Source of the DNA: Gemmatimonadales bacterium
GTDB taxonomy: Bacteria > Gemmatimonadota > Gemmatimonadetes > Gemmatimonadales > GWC2-71-9
DNA length: 64,000 nt
NCBI GenBank assembly: GCA_037189525.1
Contig: JBBCJC010000003.1
Coordinates: 96,001-160,000, forward strand
Reading direction: 5' to 3'
Made by a program: the position numbers and the translations under genes. The notes beneath the pieces were generated by a model, which was not told where the DNA came from, did not search any database, and was given only the letters and a program-made list of their open reading frames with translations. Numbering within the stretch: position 1 is the first letter of the stretch; each line of letters begins with the position of its first letter. Shown piece after piece: positions 61,827-64,000 of this stretch.

Positions 61827-62612
61827 CTAGAGTGCCGTGGTGCGGCCGCCGTCGACGGCCAGACTCACGCCGGTAATGTAGCTTGCGGCCGGGCTGGCTA
61901 GGAATGCGACGGCCGCGGCAATCTCCTCCGGCCGTCCCACGCGTCCCAGCGGGATTTCGTGGACCATCTCGGCTTCGATCGTTTCGGCGCTCTGTCCGGT
62001 CGCGGCTGCTTTGGCGGCGAGGATGGCGTCGAGCCGTCCGGTCCGGGTGGCGCCGGGCAACACGTTGTTGACGGTAATCCCGAACGGCCCGACTTCGCCC
62101 GCCAGCGTCTTTGCCCAGCTGGCGACTGCGCCCCGCGTCGTGTTGGATACGCCCAGCCCCTTGATCGGCTGCCGGACCGAGGTCGACACCACGTTGACGA
62201 TCCGCCCCCAACGCGCGCCCTTCATGCCGGGCAGGACCGCCTGAACCAGCCGGTGGCTCACCAGCAGGTGACTGTGAAACGCCGCGAGAAAGGCTTGCGA
62301 GGTCGCCTCGGTGATCGGCCCTGCGGGAGGACCGCCGCCGTTATTGATCAGGATGTCGATCGGTCCGTGGCGCTCGATCCAGGATGCCACTGATATATAG
62401 GTGGCCTCGGGATCGAAAAAATCGGCGACGAGCGTCGCGTGTTCCTGGCCGGGGTTCACGCGCGCCAGGGTTTGGACGGCCTGATCGAGTCGAGTCTGGT
62501 CGCGCGCGACGAGCAGCAGGTTGGCGCCGCGCGCGGCGAGCGCTTGGGCGGATGCGAGACCGATGCCCTGACTGGCGCCGGCGACCAGCGCGCGTTTCCC
62601 GGAAAGTTCCAT
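61827..62612 (-). CDS. Short-chain dehydrogenase/reductase
   Basis: [27 protein letters not shown]. Confidence 0.9.
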   Translation of the reverse strand: MELSGKRALVAGASQGIGLASAQALAARGANLLLVARDQTRLDQAVQTLARVNPGQEHATLVADFFDPEATYISVASWIERHGPIDILINNGGGPPAGPITEATSQAFLAAFHSHLLVSHRLVQAVLPGMKGARWGRIVNVVSTSVRQPIKGLGVSNTTRGAVASWAKTLAGEVGPFGITVNNVLPGATRTGRLDAILAAKAAATGQSAETIEAEMVHEIPLGRVGRPEEIAAAVAFLASPAASYITGVSLAVDGGRTTAL

Positions 62613-63129
62613 TGCGTAACAGCGCCTGATGATAAGGATCGGTTAGGACTGCACGTCAGCGGGTTTGCGGATGTGTTCGTCACGACTGGAACTTGCGGAC
62701 CCGGGGACGACCCCCTAATCTATAAAATTGTATCCCAATTCTGTATCCAAGCTCGGAGTGTCCGCGGTATTCGTGCCGCGCGTGTCATCGTGTGTCGTTC
62801 AGACTGTGTGTAACTGACACGAACGGTGTCGCTTCGGATTCGGAATGTAGTGAATCTCCCTGGGACATGTGTGGAAGGCGGTTGCGGTACGTTCGTTGCT
62901 TTGAAGACGCGCCGACTTTCACAGGTACATACAGTGCATCCTCGGACGCGGCCATGTCGCGTTTACGATCGGCTGCAGTCGGCATCGGCGCTGTCGTAAC
63001 GGTTCGAGGGTTTCAGGAAGGGGCAAGGCAGCAGCGGACGGGTTGATCGCGGCGTCCTTGCCGGCAGTACGCAGTGGCCAGGCCAGGTGTTCTACGCTAA
63101 ACAGAGTCCCTCAACGTCGAGGCAAGTCT

Positions 63130-64000
63130 ATGCGCGCTCCCGTCCGTTCATGGGTTCGCACCATCTTGCTGCTGCTTGCAAGTGCCGCCGGTCCAGCCGC
63201 GGCCATGGCGCAGCAGTCTGCCGTTACCGGCACGGTCAAGGATGAGGCAACCGGACAACCGCTGTCCGGCGCCCGCATCCAGGCGACGACCCAACAGGTC
63301 TTCGCGATCACGAACCAGCAGGGGCAGTACACCCTGCGTGGATTGACGGCTGGCGCGCATACGCTGCGCATCTTCCTCGTCGGCTATGCCTCGCAGACCC
63401 GTTCGATCACGGTCGGCGCCGAATCGCAGACGCTCGACTGGGGTTTGCGGGCGGTGCCGTTCCAGCTCGAAGACATCGTCACGACGGCCACCGGCGATCA
63501 GCAGTCGCGCGAGCTCGGCAACTCCGTCTCGAAGATTCAGACGGCCCAGCTGGTCGAAACGGCGCCCACCACGAATCTGTCTCAGGTGTTGAGCGGACGG
63601 GTGGCCGGCGTCAGCGTGCTGCAGAGCAGCGGAACCAGCGGCGCGGGCGCCCGCGTCCGGGTGCGCGGTCTCAGCTCGGTCTCGCTCTCGAATGATCCGC
63701 TCTTGTATATCGACGGCATCCGCGTCGCGGCCGACGCTCCGGCCGGATCGTTCGTCGGCGGCACCTCGGTTTCGAAGCTCAACGACCTCAATCCGGAAGA
63801 GATCGAGAGCATCGAGATCGTGAAGGGGCCCTCCGCCGCGACGCTGTACGGTACCCAGGCGGCCAACGGCGTGATCCGGGTGACCACGAAGCGCGGTCGC
63901 GCCGGCGCGCCGCAGTGGAACGCCTGGCTCGAGGGCGGCGTTTTGAAGGATACGTACACCTATCCGAAGGTGTACTTCAATGCGTCGCAGGCCGACGCGG
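63130..64000 (+). CDS. SusC/RagA-type TonB-dependent receptor, 5' part only
   Basis: Manual translation MRAPVRSW...VTGTVKDEATGQPL (carboxypeptidase-regulatory-like), plug RVRGLSS..NDPLLYIDG, IESIEIVKGPSAATLYGTQAANGVI. Confidence 0.92.
   Translation, partial: MRAPVRSWVRTILLLLASAAGPAAAMAQQSAVTGTVKDEATGQPLSGARIQATTQQVFAITNQQGQYTLRGLTAGAHTLRIFLVGYASQTRSITVGAESQTLDWGLRAVPFQLEDIVTTATGDQQSRELGNSVSKIQTAQLVETAPTTNLSQVLSGRVAGVSVLQSSGTSGAGARVRVRGLSSVSLSNDPLLYIDGIRVAADAPAGSFVGGTSVSKLNDLNPEEIESIEIVKGPSAATLYGTQAANGVIRVTTKRGRAGAPQWNAWLEGGVLKDTYTYPKVYFNASQADA

Overview
High-GC bacterial chromosomal window; the gene content suggests Gemmatimonadota or a similar lineage, which is an inference. In order it holds: an efflux adaptor and TolC; several sensor kinases and an HDOD module; an enteric-type trp operon (aroF-trpE-G-D-CF-B-A-ridA-M20 peptidase) under a leaderless Trp-rich leader-peptide attenuator; secreted serine hydrolases, S9 peptidases and a D-aminoacylase; a lasso-peptide cluster; a two-component pair; a biotin operon (bioBDFA plus an SGNH esterase); cyanophycinase; tRNA-Ala(TGC); an orphan pseudopilin; a full kynurenine/3-hydroxyanthranilate Trp catabolic cluster; and the 5' end of a SusC-like TonB receptor. 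The best candidate for a new system is the lasso cluster (B1-B2-C-A). Its 39-aa precursor (32940-33059; predicted core GGFRAEIFEIFTMRGAL) is missing from the ORF track. No exporter lies next to it. Instead it is followed by a membrane hybrid histidine kinase. The cyclase 3' end, the precursor and the kinase sensor domain form one low-GC block, resembling the variable 'pherotype' cassettes of agr and comQXP. This suggests lasso-peptide signalling or quorum sensing, which remains a hypothesis. Start codons were picked by eye, and no database searches were run.
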